This document shows, one piece after another, positions 39,331 through 52,030 of a stretch of DNA of 64,000 nt. Below the pieces are notes generated by a model. That model had not been told where the DNA came from, ran no database searches, and was given only the letters and a program-made list of their open reading frames with translations. The translations under genes and the position numbers were made by a program. Numbering within the stretch: position 1 is the stretch's first letter; the number at the start of each line of letters is the position of its first letter. The DNA is from Ptychomitrium polyphyllum (Eukaryota). Location: contig OZ316776.1 of NCBI GenBank assembly GCA_973851085.1, positions 5,332,001 to 5,396,000 of the forward strand, given 5' to 3'.

Positions 39331-40971
39331 ATAATTTTCATTATTTTCATCCGCAGGTGTAACTTTTAAACTCTGTTATTCAAATTTTTCATTTACATAA
39401 ATTACTTCTGTTTGATAATAAAAGTGATTTTAATATTTTTTTAAACTCAAAAATATAACATAATATATAATTGCCTTATATATTCTTTGTGTACTATTTA
39501 GAAGACAAATTCAAAGGTTAAAAATCCAAACTTGTTTTACAATTATTGTAATCATCAAATCAATAATTTATACATTTATGGAGCTTTTTAAGCTTTTTCA
39601 AGCTTCTTTGTATAAATTGTTCAACCAATATTTTTCTAAAAATGACACAATGTTTTTATGAATGTCATTTAAAGATTGAATTGTGGTAATTGTTGGGACT
39701 ATTTTTTAATAACAAATAAGTACTTAAATTGCACACTACTTAAAGTAGCATGAAATTGAGCCATTCTTTAAAACAACAATAAAAGTCACAATAATTTCAG
39801 CTCACAACTTACTCATTGAGACATTATTGATATTTGACTAATCTATCCAAAGTGATTTTTTAAAAAATTAATCTCAAATGTGGCTAAAAATGTGAGGTTG
39901 ATATTAGTGAAGGACTTAGTTTTTCAAATGCATATAATGCTTCTTCTTCAAGAAATTTTTAACAAATAAAAATCAACATTTTAACTAGTGGTTGAATAAA
40001 TGTTGTGATAGAGGTTATTTAAAGATTGAATAGTAGCCATTCCTAGGACTATTTTGTCATTTTAAGTATGCTACTAGATTGATGATATTATGGTGTTATT
40101 TTGGTTCATGTTCTAATTATGTTGATGAAGTAGACTTTGTAGAATGGATTGCTTGGATGTAGATTAGTAATCAAAGAACAATCAAGCAAATTGTATAATA
40201 TTGATTTTCCAAGCGGCCAAATAATTGTGTCATTCCAAGCGGCCCACTTCAATGGTTTCTTATTAATTGAAGGGTGGAGAAGGAGTGAAGATTTGAGGAG
40301 TGAAAAGTGGGATGTTGATTCATTTGAGTGGATATTGAGGTGAAGTGTTGTAGCATGGAAGTTGTATCCATGAATATTTGAACTGGATTTGGAAATATAA
40401 GGGCATCTTTTAAGGATTTGGTATATTGAAGTGTACTTGGAAGGTGTTGAGATGCATTATGTGCATGAGCCTATAACATCTACTTTGAATATAAAGTTGA
40501 AAAAAATTTGGATGATATATTTTGGTTCATTGTGTGTAACCGAAATATGTTTTGAATAAGAACCTTAGAATTTGTGCTTTTAGGGAAGTCTAATATTAGA
40601 AGAAAAGTTTGAAGGCTTGATGCTTATTAAAATAGAAGTTGTGGAGTGTTGAACTAAAAGAGGTCTAATAGGTCAAATTGAAAACATTTGGTTAAAATAG
40701 ACAACTTAATTAGGAAGGAAAAGTATGAGCAAGACATAAGAATTTCAACCTACCACAAGAAAAAGCCATGTAATCATTAGACAAAGTGCATACACCTTAA
40801 TAAAGCTTGCATTGGACAATAGTAGTGCAAAATATGGTCCAATTTTATGACTTATGTAGGTGCTTGTAGTACATTGAATTTAATTTGAAGCAGGAAGCAA
40901 ATCTTTGGCATTTATTTGGAGTTAGTATTGCCATGGTGGAGCATTCAAAAGCTTTATTACAAAACTAGCAC

Positions 40972-41103
40972 TTGGAGACCACAAGATGAAGGTTGGAGAC
41001 CACAAGATGAAGGTTGGAGACCACAAGATGAAGGTTGGAGACCACAAGATGAAGGTTGGAGACCACAAGATGAAGGTTGGAGACCACAAGATGAAGGTTG
41101 GAG
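40972..41103. repeat. Perfect minisatellite, 6.3 x 21 bp TTGGAGACCACAAGATGAAGG
   Basis: Six identical head-to-tail units plus TTGGAG. Confidence 0.97.
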
Positions 41104-43200
41104 GTACATGGACCCTAAAAGAATCTATTTAAATTTCATAGCATAGTATACTTGCCATTCTTCATTCTAAGAAAAGCCATATCCATTGTAGGAGTGAAGA
41201 AAAAATTTCTTAGTAAAGGCTAGAGAGATAAGAGCCTTCAATTGACAGCTACTAAATTGCCAACAAATTTGCTAGAATTTGCAACTGACTGGTGGTTTCT
41301 TGTCTTGAGATATTTCTTTTAAAATGAAGGCAAAGATTTGCTTGCTGATGAGGTTGAGAGAGAATCTGCTAATGAAAATGAGAAGCTTCCCTTGCAGTCA
41401 AGCAGTTGTATGAATGGCAACACCATTGAGTAGACACATTTGGGACAAGTTCACTACCTGTAATGAGGTCATGGTTGCGTATTGTGGACATACTCTGTGA
41501 TGTGACAGTATATGCATGCAATGTCAACTAGTTGTGACTTAAAAGTACAAGTTAAAATATACAATCCAAGTTAGATACTTTTAGTGGAAGCTTCCATATC
41601 TACACGACTTTGATTCTGGTGGTAGTAGTCAAGGCTGTTGAGTTGCAAATGACCTCACAGTTATGTTAGAATTTTGTGACCATACTGATTGACTTGGACA
41701 TATTTATCAAAGTAGATCAGATACATATAGACTACTCAATACAGTACCTCCTGTATAAGTGGTAGCACAAATATTTCTTCTTCTCAATCAGCCCTATACA
41801 AGCCACTTGGATATTGGCCAAGGAGGACAGAGAATGGCAGTGTTGAAAGGTTGGTTCTAGACTGAATGTCACCAAATTTGAGGCTATGTCCCAGATTAGT
41901 CATGGGTGGACAAGTTTGGGATAAACAAGTTGCTCCTAGACTGCTATAACATTCAGCCGCTAACTACTATAACAACACAGTAAGACTTAAGAATCAAAGA
42001 CATTGCATTCTATACAATAATTGGCAACAGTATCACTGCCAACTTGCCATGAGACTCCAAAGTGTATGAATATGCTCTCTGGAGGTTTATCCGTTAGCTT
42101 GGTGGGCTTGTCAGGTTGAACATGACTGATTGTTGTAGTATATGAAGTGCATTTGTCCTGGCTGGTTATTAACTAGAGATCATCTATTTCAGCATCATGT
42201 TTGTGAGTGCAGTGTGAAGGTGTTTAGAAGGAGTGGCAATGGAATGTACTAAATGCACTATGGCAATGGGAGCATGCATGGATATGAGCTGCACTCCAAT
42301 TTGTTTAATTGAATTCTGTGGAATGGAAGTCATAAACCAATAACTAGTCTTCTTTTTGTTTCCAGCCTCATGAAACTTGTCTTATGATACTCATAGTTTC
42401 TTCCACCCCTTCTAATATCTTCTTTCTCATGTGATATGTCAAACTTTTTAAAATTTTCATAAGTGAAACTGAATTCTTTAAAATGGCATGTATTGGGATG
42501 AGATGGTGTGAATTGCATGGAATAGGCAGTAACTTGGGCAAGCAATGTATTGTGCTGGAATCTCCTTTGTGCTAACTGACTATTGTCCATTTGGAAGGTC
42601 ATTCCCCTGCACTTGTACATGGCAGGAACCACCAGTTGTGACCAACACAACAACAATTTCGTTTCCCCTGGTCCAGTCACTTGCATGATTCACCTTGTGA
42701 TGCCCTCTGTTCAAGGGTTTGAACCAGTGTTGTGTAGGTATTCCTTTAGGGAAGTGAAAATCCTATATGTACCCTTCATATTGAATTATTGTAATAATGT
42801 ACACTTTGAGTACATTGAAATATCTTAATACCCGCAAAACATTGGTTTGAACCCCCACCTGCAGGAGGTTTTGGCTACAAAAATTTGCACACTGGAAGAA
42901 CAGCAAATGAAGTGGAGTCTCTCCAATTTTAGCCCTAAATTCAATAACTTGCATATTTTTCAGAAATGTTAAGTGGACCGCATGCCGGTTTTGTCCTCAT
43001 TTTCTGCCAAAGTACACGCACTTCAAAGCTTATAATCTTGGCAACTGTACAATCAAGCCTGTCAATTTTTAGGAAAGTTGGTTCTAAACCGAGTGAGTAC
43101 AAAATTTTAATGGTGAATGTCCTTGGATCTTAGTTTTCAGGCAGATATTGCAGTGTTCCTGTGACTGGGTCTAGATGAGCTAAATGTGGCCCAAGCATAC

Positions 43201-43258
43201 GGGATGCTATGGGGTTAAGGAAGCAAGGGGGGATGCTATGGGGTTAAGGAAGCAAGGG
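43201..43258. repeat. Tandem duplication, 2 x 29 bp (GGGATGCTATGGGGTTAAGGAAGCAAGGG)
   Basis: Direct reading. Confidence 0.85.
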
Positions 43259-46200
43259 CAGATGCTTGGGAATAAAATTTTAGAGTGTGGTTATACAGTG
43301 CAGACTATATGGTACGTTGTCCTTACAAGAAATGGGTGTAATCTCTTAAGGCTAGATTTGGAAAAAAATTTACAATGATAGGGAAGAAGATTTCCTAATA
43401 AATGTTATTTTTTTAATAATTTCTTTTTAGAACTGAAATTATTACAAATTTTTAGAATTAAAAGTACTTTAAGATGCAATGTGTTACATGTTTCTATTCA
43501 TGACCATCCCTTAATTTATCATCTAATGTTTAACATACCATTTGTTGGTTTACTTTGGAATTTGGTTTGTTTTGAATCTTGTAATCAATGTTTAAGAAAA
43601 TTTCATAATGCACTTATAAAAGAGCTAGTGCTTTAAAAACAACATACTATACAACAAAGAAGTACAATTGCTACAATCACATATGTCTTTTTCTCTTTTT
43701 TTTCAAATCTCATCTAATAATGGTTAGACACAAAATGAAAGAAACAATAATCTCATCTATCCACCATTGATTATCAAAGTCTTTCTCTAATATATTTTTC
43801 TTGTTGTTTGTACAATCCTTTCTATATATTAAATTGATTTGTAGATTTAATCTTATATTATGGATATAGATCCTACTTCCAACATCCATAGTGACATGTT
43901 TACATTTATTCATTGATTTATGCAAATTTCTAAGAAAATATTTTTTTAATGCTTAGAAATCAAGTGCAATATTAGAATATAACAGATTATGAATCTAAAA
44001 AAATATTCCACAAATTAAAAAAATATTCTTAATATTTTTTGTTTATATTCTTTAAAAGGTCTTAAAATTAAAAAATCATTTGTAATAATTCTAGGAATTT
44101 ATGGTTCTTATTTTCAAAAAACATAGATTCTTGATTTTCAATTAAAAAAACTTATATTTCATTGAATTTGGATTTTATCATATTTTTGTAATTATTTTTT
44201 CAATTCCAAATTTTGAGTGGAATTGCATTTAGCTCCTACTTAAGGATTTAAAGAAATCTAATCCTATCTTTAAGCTTATTATTTACTTTGAAGAGATTTT
44301 ATTCTATACTTTAATTATATAACACTTTAAAACTAATATTTTACTATTACTTTTTCTATAATGAAATCTTCTTGTACTTTTTGAAGTTGGATGTGGTCTT
44401 TGACAAAGGAACTTGATATCAACATTTTCTTTTAGTAGCAAATGAAACATTCAATCTAGAGGTGAAATAAATACAATTGCAATGATAAATCAAACTTTAA
44501 TTACTAATGGCCTCTTTTAGACTTTGTAGAATGTTTAGAAAAAAATCAAAAGTCAATGATTTGATATTTTAATTAACTTCTTATGAAATGCCACTATAAA
44601 ATCTATGGCTTTATAAGTTATAGATTCTATCCAAAGAAAAGCTTAAGAAAATTCCATTGAATCAAACAATTCTAACAATTGACTACTTTTTGGTTGAAAT
44701 TCTTCATGAACATTGTATTTATAAATACATCACATTTGTATTTGACATTTTTACTTTGCTTTTGAAATATGAATGATCAATATTCATAAATATTCTTACA
44801 AATTTTTTTATTTTTATTTTTTGGCAATTTGTTATTTGTGAAAATATCATTTATGACATTTTTGTATGCCATGTGACTTCTTCACAAACATTGTGTTCAT
44901 AATATTTGGCAATGACTTAATCTACAATGTTTTTTTATGCTCTTAACGTAAAAAAAACTTAGTCTAACAAAGGATCATACAGTTCATAGATACTCCATTG
45001 AAGAATGCTAGCAGTATATTCATGTGCTATACAATTTACAAACTCTTATAAAACATAATTCACAATTTCACAAACCTGGCCCAAGCCTGAAAGAACTCCT
45101 TGAATGCTGTGTACAATTTCAGAAATTTGCAATTAAAAAATGCTGTAACTTAGTACTGATGTCTGAGGCTGTCATCATGCAGCTTACTGTGACATACAGC
45201 ATTATATGTATTTAAATCTGGTACAATTGACTGATTGACACCAAAATGAGGGGGTTTTTATGTTTAATGAGCATTCAATATCCACCCAAAATGCATTGAA
45301 TCCACATCATGTGAAGAAAACATGATGGTCTTCTGGGGTACAGCCTTGACGAACAGTTATTGTTGCAACCCACAATTGGAAGGCATTAAAGTCACAAACA
45401 GGTCCATAATCACACACATTTACACGTCTGGCAACAACATTATCAAGCACATGAGAGCTACACATGAGGACATACTTTCATTTGGGTCTACTGTGGAAAA
45501 ATCATGTGTTGAGTACCATATGCAAGGATCGGATTCAACATGTTTATATAGAACAATTATTTAGATAAGGAAATATAAGGAAATATAACATTTTATCTTT
45601 AGAAGTTTTAATTCATACACCAAAAGTATAATATCCCTAAGTTTGAAATTAATTTACAGGCAAAATTACCATTACAGATGCTACCAATATGAAATTTTTT
45701 TTAACAAAATACACCAAAAACTTCCTATAATTTTCAACTTCTAATTTTCAAAAAAAAATCGAAGTTGACCCCTGCCTATGATACTGTAAATTAGAATGAG
45801 CTAAAATACTTTAAATTGAACTGATGATCTAGGACCACATAAGGTCCTTCTAGGAAACCCATAAATGGAAATCCGTGTAACAAGGATGACAGTGCAATTC
45901 GCAATGGCCAGAACAGAAAACCAACCACCATGTAAAGGACCCAACCTGTGGACCTACGGTTCTCCTACTATGTAGCGTCTGAAGGGCAAATGGTAGTGAG
46001 GAATCTGCAAATTTCACTCGTGGCAAATGGAATTTGTGACCATTGGGTCTTAATAGAAGTTGGCCCTAAAATACTTGTCTTCCAAGTAACACTTTAAGTA
46101 CTATATGATGTTGCATCTTTAGAAATAATTTGACTTCTTTTAATTACACTTTTTTCAATAAATGTTTTTATTTTCAATCTAAGATAAAATAAACAATTCT

Positions 46201-48544
46201 AATATATTTAAGTATTCAGTGTTAATATTCTTAATGAAGTGTAATGAGTTTATGCTTTTAAAAATGACATCCAACATGTTTATCATACAAAGATGACTAA
46301 GGTGCTATACATTATATCCATATATGATTTTTTGAAGGCTACTTACATTTTCCAATAATAGAGGTTAAGATTTGGACATAAATGTAAGTTGAAATCTACT
46401 TTTTTGAGACAAAATTAACTAAAAATTAAATTTAAAGGTGATAACTATAAAATCTCCAAAATCAATAAATGATTAATTTATTAATCAAAACGCCAACTAA
46501 CAATCACTTCCTAATGAATGCACAATCATCCAAATGATATCAATAAACTACCACAAATAAAATTTGTATCCATCCATGGTTTTTTTCCAAAATCTTATAT
46601 AAATTTGCATACTTTTCTAATACCGTCTTCCTTGAATACACTTAGATCCAATTTCAACCTCATTACTATTATTCTTTCATCTATTTTTTATTCTATGTTG
46701 CATATTGTGGTTATTGAATGTATGCTTGGTAATTGAACATTTCTTTGTAAAAAGATGTTAATGGTCATTTTTTTTTCACATAAACGATCTTCAAAATTTA
46801 CTCCTTTTAGTTTTTATTTGAATATAAATAAACCATATTTGCAAAATAAATATGTTAAAAGATGAGGATTTAAAGCATGAAAAGACATGATTTTGGCATG
46901 TCTACTTATGCCAAATTCAAATGATCAATTTTTTACCATAAGTTGATTTCCAAGATATGTATTATTAAGATTAAACCTTTTAAAAATTCAATGAAAAACA
47001 ATGGTGTTTATATTGTATATAGATGCATTAAATATTTGATATATAGTCTAGTCAATAAAACATAATCATACAAGAGTGATATTTTAGAGTGATATCTAGA
47101 CTTTCACGAACAAGATTGGTTCAAATACCCATTACAAAAAGAAAAAAATGAGATCCTTGTGTAACTTTATTTTGGAGGTAAGACTAATAAATCATCAATT
47201 CTAGATTGTTTTGCAATCTGCGCCTTAGCGATTACCAGTATGTTTCCTACTCTAAAATGGAACTTTAAATTAGAGCCTATCACCTTCTTGGAACAGAAGC
47301 AGTGCTTGCGCATTAATAATGTGGTGATAAGTTAGTCAGAACATGGGCACCTACACATTGCAAAGCATAATGAAGCATAAGACTGTCCAGAGTATTATAA
47401 CATCTACTTATAACCGATATAAATCCGTCAACTGCAGCATTAACCAGCTGACATGACGTTGTTCGAAGAGTCGGACCAAATTAAAGAGAGAGCAATTATT
47501 TGAAGGATTATTGGCTGACAGTTCTTTAGTGCCCTGCCTTGGCTTCATCTCCCACTCTCGCTCTGAACTACAAGTTATTATGAGTCCTGAGCTTCAGAAA
47601 TGAAGCACCACCGAGGTCCATGTGGCAACGAACTACTGACTCAAAAGGATGCCAGTATACCATTAACAAATAATAAATATACGTCACCTCATACCATATG
47701 CACGTCAAGCACATTCCAAACACAAACTAGCACACAACTCCAAACCCTAATGCAAAATAATCTCCAAGACGTCATCAGTATATAATCAAGGCAACGATGA
47801 ACACAGCAACTTAGTTAACAAGCAGCTCAACAGTTTCAAAAAGTTGGATTTCATCATTAAGTAATATTTTCAGCTGGCTGAAATACAACTCTAACCATCT
47901 CAGGCTAACTGCACATAAGTTGCATAGCCTAATTATCCAACTTCAGATGTTCCAAAACGAAGTGTCATCAACAAACGACCAGCTCAGTACTACAAGCTGG
48001 GACTAATACAACTAGTCTGTCCTCAGGCAATATCAAATAGCCAAAGAGCAATATTTCACAGAAAGACTCCCGCTTTCGAAAAGTAACCCGGAAATCCACT
48101 AGATCAAAAACCGGTTAGTGCTCGGGTAAAGTGGTACTGTTGAAAACCACAGTAAAACCTTACTCGTCTAACGAACCTGCTGCAGCACTTAGCATCCCTT
48201 CAACAGGTGGTGCAAATAGAGAATGACCGACCAAAAAACCTGGAGCCCAGAATCTATCCTAAAGAACTCAACCCATGGATCTGAACCCCAACTACACATA
48301 ACGGGTTCCATGGGCAGGAGGAACATGCGCTCAACAAAGACATCATACATTTCATAAGCTTATATAATATCTAGCTATATATAAAATATGTATGTATGCC
48401 TACAGGCGATCCCATCTCAAAGGATGCAATATCCACTACAATGTAGCAACAGTTGGATCATCCATCCAGAGAGATGGCACGTCACGTGGACTAGACCCAC
48501 ACATCTACTGCATATCGATTACCCTGCACCTTGCTAGGATTCAT

Positions 48545-49428
48545 TCAAAGGCTCAGCTGGCTAAGAACTTGGCGTGTTGCTGCTTCACCCTCAGTTTCCG
48601 CATCATCTGGTTCTGGACGACGTGGTGGAGCAGCGCACACCATCACTGCTGGGCGTAACACTACTGGCATAGCTGCCCCCCTTGGCATTGTAGGTGGGTG
48701 CATGTTGCTCCACCAATTGTGAGAAGATCCAGAACCTGACCACGACATAGGATTGTAGGATCCATGAACCACAGCAGACCCACGCTCCTTGTCAATTGAA
48801 TCGTTTCGCCCATCTGCATCTCTACTAGACTTCGAACTCTCCCCACGCAGCCATTCGTCCTCGTCTCGCTGGTGATCATCATATGGAACTGGCACTTCAT
48901 GCCTATCCCTACGAATTGGCACAGGCCGAAGGTTCGCAGGGATGTGTCGGCCACCAAAATTGGCCCCCATTGCTCGCTCGACTGCCCTCTTTGCTATAGC
49001 AGCATCCCGGATCGCATTAGCATCCCGCATACCTGTAGGATCCCGATGCCCTGAAACATCTCGGATGATAACCGAGGAACTTGGCCGCGAGAGACCCACA
49101 GACCGATAAACAGGAGGTGGTAGACCACCAATAGTTGAGTGAGGCTGACTGCGCATGTGCCGCTGCTGCTCGTTGGACATGTCAGGTACCCAAGATCCTG
49201 AGTGACTTTGGCTTAAGAGGGTTGAACCTGTCTGTAACCCTTCCCTCGAAGACATAGATCTCAATCTGCTGGGAATCACACTGCCAGAAGGATTCTGGGC
49301 ACTCAGAGGTAGCTGCTGCGTCTCTTTGCCATAATGTAGAGCCAATGCCCTTGCGATCGTATTCTGCTCTTGCTCATCACTCACCTGTGTCTCTGTTGGC
49401 AGTGATACAGCTCTTCCTTGATTTGCAA
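48545..49428 (-). CDS. DRB2: DRB2-like dsRNA-binding protein, coding exon 3 (C-terminal low-complexity region and stop)
   Basis: Acceptor ATTTCAG|TT completes the phase-1 codon. Open to TGA at 48545. Contains MPVVLRPAVMVCAAPP and terminal VLSQLSL, resembling DRB2-clade C-terminal motifs. Spliced CDS 246+220+884=1350 nt, 449 aa. Confidence 0.88.
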
Positions 49429-49751
49429 CTGAAATCATGGTGAATAGAACTTAGTGATAGTGTATAGCATCTAATAACAAAGCAGACTAAGTAAATTGAA
49501 CTTCGAAAACGAATCAATCACGCAAACCTTTAGATATTGGACAGATGTGTCCTTCACAGAAGACAAATCACATCAAAACTCATTCCAGGAAAACTAGAAC
49601 GCCAAACTTGTCTGAAACTGTCCATTAATTTCAAGATATTTGCTGTAGGCAACAGTCGTGACCCAACCACTGCATGCTAGCTAGATACTGCCGTCGCCGC
49701 TACACACTTCAGCGGGTACAGAGAGAAATAGCGTTCTGAGAAGGAACTTAC

Positions 49752-49971
49752 ATTGCTTGAGCGCAGACCATGCAGCCATAGCTGCATTTTTTTCAGCTTG
49801 TTTTTTGGTCTTAGCAGCTTCCCCACTAAAAGTCATCGAGGATACCTCCACTGTACATGTAAAGACGGGTAGATGCCCAGGACCAGATCGAGTAGTTGCA
49901 TATAATGGAAGGGAGACACCTGCTCTTTGAGCAGTCTCTTGAAGCAAGTTTTTGCACACACCCGTTTCATC
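49752..49971 (-). CDS. DRB2: DRB2-like dsRNA-binding protein, coding exon 2 (dsRBD2)
   Basis: DETGVCKNLLQETAQRAGVSLP.Y...GPGHLPVFTCTVEV...GEAAKTKKQAEKNAAMAAWSALKQ; acceptor TGCAG|GAT, donor T|GTAAGT. Confidence 0.95.
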
Positions 49972-50086
49972 CTGCATTTTAAGCACAGCACAGGTCAGCC
50001 GCGCAGGCAAACTAGAATAGCTGGCTTACTGTAAAAGGCACGCACTATATTACAGCAGACCGACTTAAAAAGACTGACCAACTCAC

Positions 50087-50332
50087 AAGGATGCGTGCTG
50101 CCAGAGACTGAGAAGGGCCACGCCGCGAGAGGGTGTTAAGCGCCACTTCGGCTGCGGCGTGCTCTGCTTGCCGCAAGGTGTTGCAATAATTAGGGCTTTC
50201 GAAAACCTCCCCATTGAAGTTCACGGTTGCCTTGAACCGCGGTGCATGGTCAGGGCCCTCTCTGATACATGCGTACGCAGGCAGATTAAAGCAGCTCCTC
50301 TGAGCAAGCTCTTGAAGCTGGTTCTTGTACAT
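50087..50332 (-). CDS. DRB2: DRB2-like dsRNA-binding protein, coding exon 1 (dsRBD1)
   Basis: MYKNQLQELAQRSCFNLPAYACIREGPDHAPRFKATVNFNGEVFESP...TLRQAEHAAAEVAL, diagnostic of the DRB2/3/5 clade; donor CTT|GTGAGT; acceptor TGGCAG| two nt before the ATG implies a 5'UTR intron. Confidence 0.96.
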
Positions 50333-50664
50333 ACCTGCCACCATAATCAGAAACGTGAGCTCCATGCGAAACCGACCAACGACATCGATCAACACTCATG
50401 TATCTCAAACCCTACCTCACTCTCACTGCACAAGGCTAACTCATCATTTACTTCCAAATTTTACGCATCGTCACATAACTCAATCGCCCCTTTCGACTCA
50501 GCTACCTGGTGTACGCGCATCTAAGTAATGCTCAACGCGCGAACTCCATACGACTGGAACAGCCTCCCCGACCATGCCACTCTACCCTCAACACAACACC
50601 ACTTCCGAACGGCTTCCACCGTCGTCCTCCTAACTGACCACCCAACACCCCACAACCACACAAC

Positions 50665-50672
50665 CACACACA

Positions 50673-50753
<81 letters not shown>

Positions 50754-50809
50754 CACACACAAACACACACACACACACACACACCCACACACACACCCAC
50801 ACACACACA

Positions 50810-50878
<69 letters not shown>

Positions 50879-50888
50879 CCACACACAC
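50665..50888. repeat. Long interrupted (CA)n/(TG)n microsatellite, ~220 bp, in the inferred DRB 5'UTR intron
   Basis: Direct reading; lies between candidate donors GTAAGT (~51198 or ~51555, minus strand) and the acceptor at 50335. Confidence 0.95.
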
Positions 50889-51559
50889 CCCAGTAACGCT
50901 CTCACCGCCTGCTCTCCCTCCCCACAACGCTCAGCCTCCAGCCCTACCACTCCAACCCTCTGACCACCACCCTCCAATCCTCCACCCTCGCAACCACCAT
51001 GCCAAACCCTCCGCTGTTCTCACCTCTGGGGCAGAGAGACGGCACCTGAGTGCGGTGCGGCCTTCAACACATAAAAGCAGGCACCTCTACCCCGTCTCTA
51101 CTACCATGTACCGCCAACACCCGTCCACACCCTCCGCCGCAACTCCCCTTCCTCAAATCCTCCAACCCTCCTGTCTCCCCTCCAACACCACAAACTTACA
51201 AACCCCAAGCTCCCTCCGCTTCCAACAAAACTCCACACAGCGGCACCAACACTACTACCCGACCTGGTGGTGTGGTCGCCTCTCTTCCGCTCGATATTCT
51301 CTCAAGCAAGTGAGGAACTTAGAAAAGTTTCTCTCCGCCTCCGTCTGTGTCTGACTCTGTATGTGTCTTTCTCGCCGAGGTCCCGAAAGATGCGCCCTCA
51401 CATGGCAGGAGAGGACAAGTTGGGGCAGGCGCAGGGAGGCAGCACAAAACGGCAACCAGGATCCCTGCAGGGCTAAAGCTAAGCTACTCCGAACCAGGCA
51501 TGAGAGTTCGCGCAGGCACAGCAGAGGAGCCCAAGCTCAGTGCCCGCTAACTTACAAAG

Positions 51560-52030
51560 GCAGCAGGCAACAGGCAGCACACACAACAAACGGCAGGGAG
51601 GGGCGGGGCCCAACATCAGCTCTACCACTTCCGGCCCTGCAACAGGTCCGGGCCAGGTACTCCGAGCCGACGACGCTGCCTACCGCGACGCAACCGGCTG
51701 GGTGGGGTCGCGACTAGTCCGCCGTTCCGGCTTCTGCGACCCTGCAGAAGTCCGAGCACGGTTTCCAAGTTGCTTCGTAAGAGGCGATTGCGCCTGCCTG
51801 CGCGGGTCGGCTGCCGCTGCTGCTGCCGTGGGCACGGGTGCCTGTAGCACGCCGACTTCGTGAGCCACGGTCTGCCGGGCCGTGCCGTGCCGTGACGGGG
51901 CGGGGCGGGAAGGTTCGCTGTGCCGCGGACCACTCGCGTGGTGAATGGAGGGATTTTAAAGGGGAGGGGGGACATTGAAGTGGGATAGGGGTGGTTAGTG
52001 GCCGTGCGCCTCGACGCACCGGATATGTGT
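51560..52030 (-). promoter_or_regulatory. GC-rich promoter/5' leader region of the DRB gene
   Basis: CpG-rich island ending near 52030; GGGGCGGGGCGGG at 51897-51909; G-runs at 51961-51991. Confidence 0.5.
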
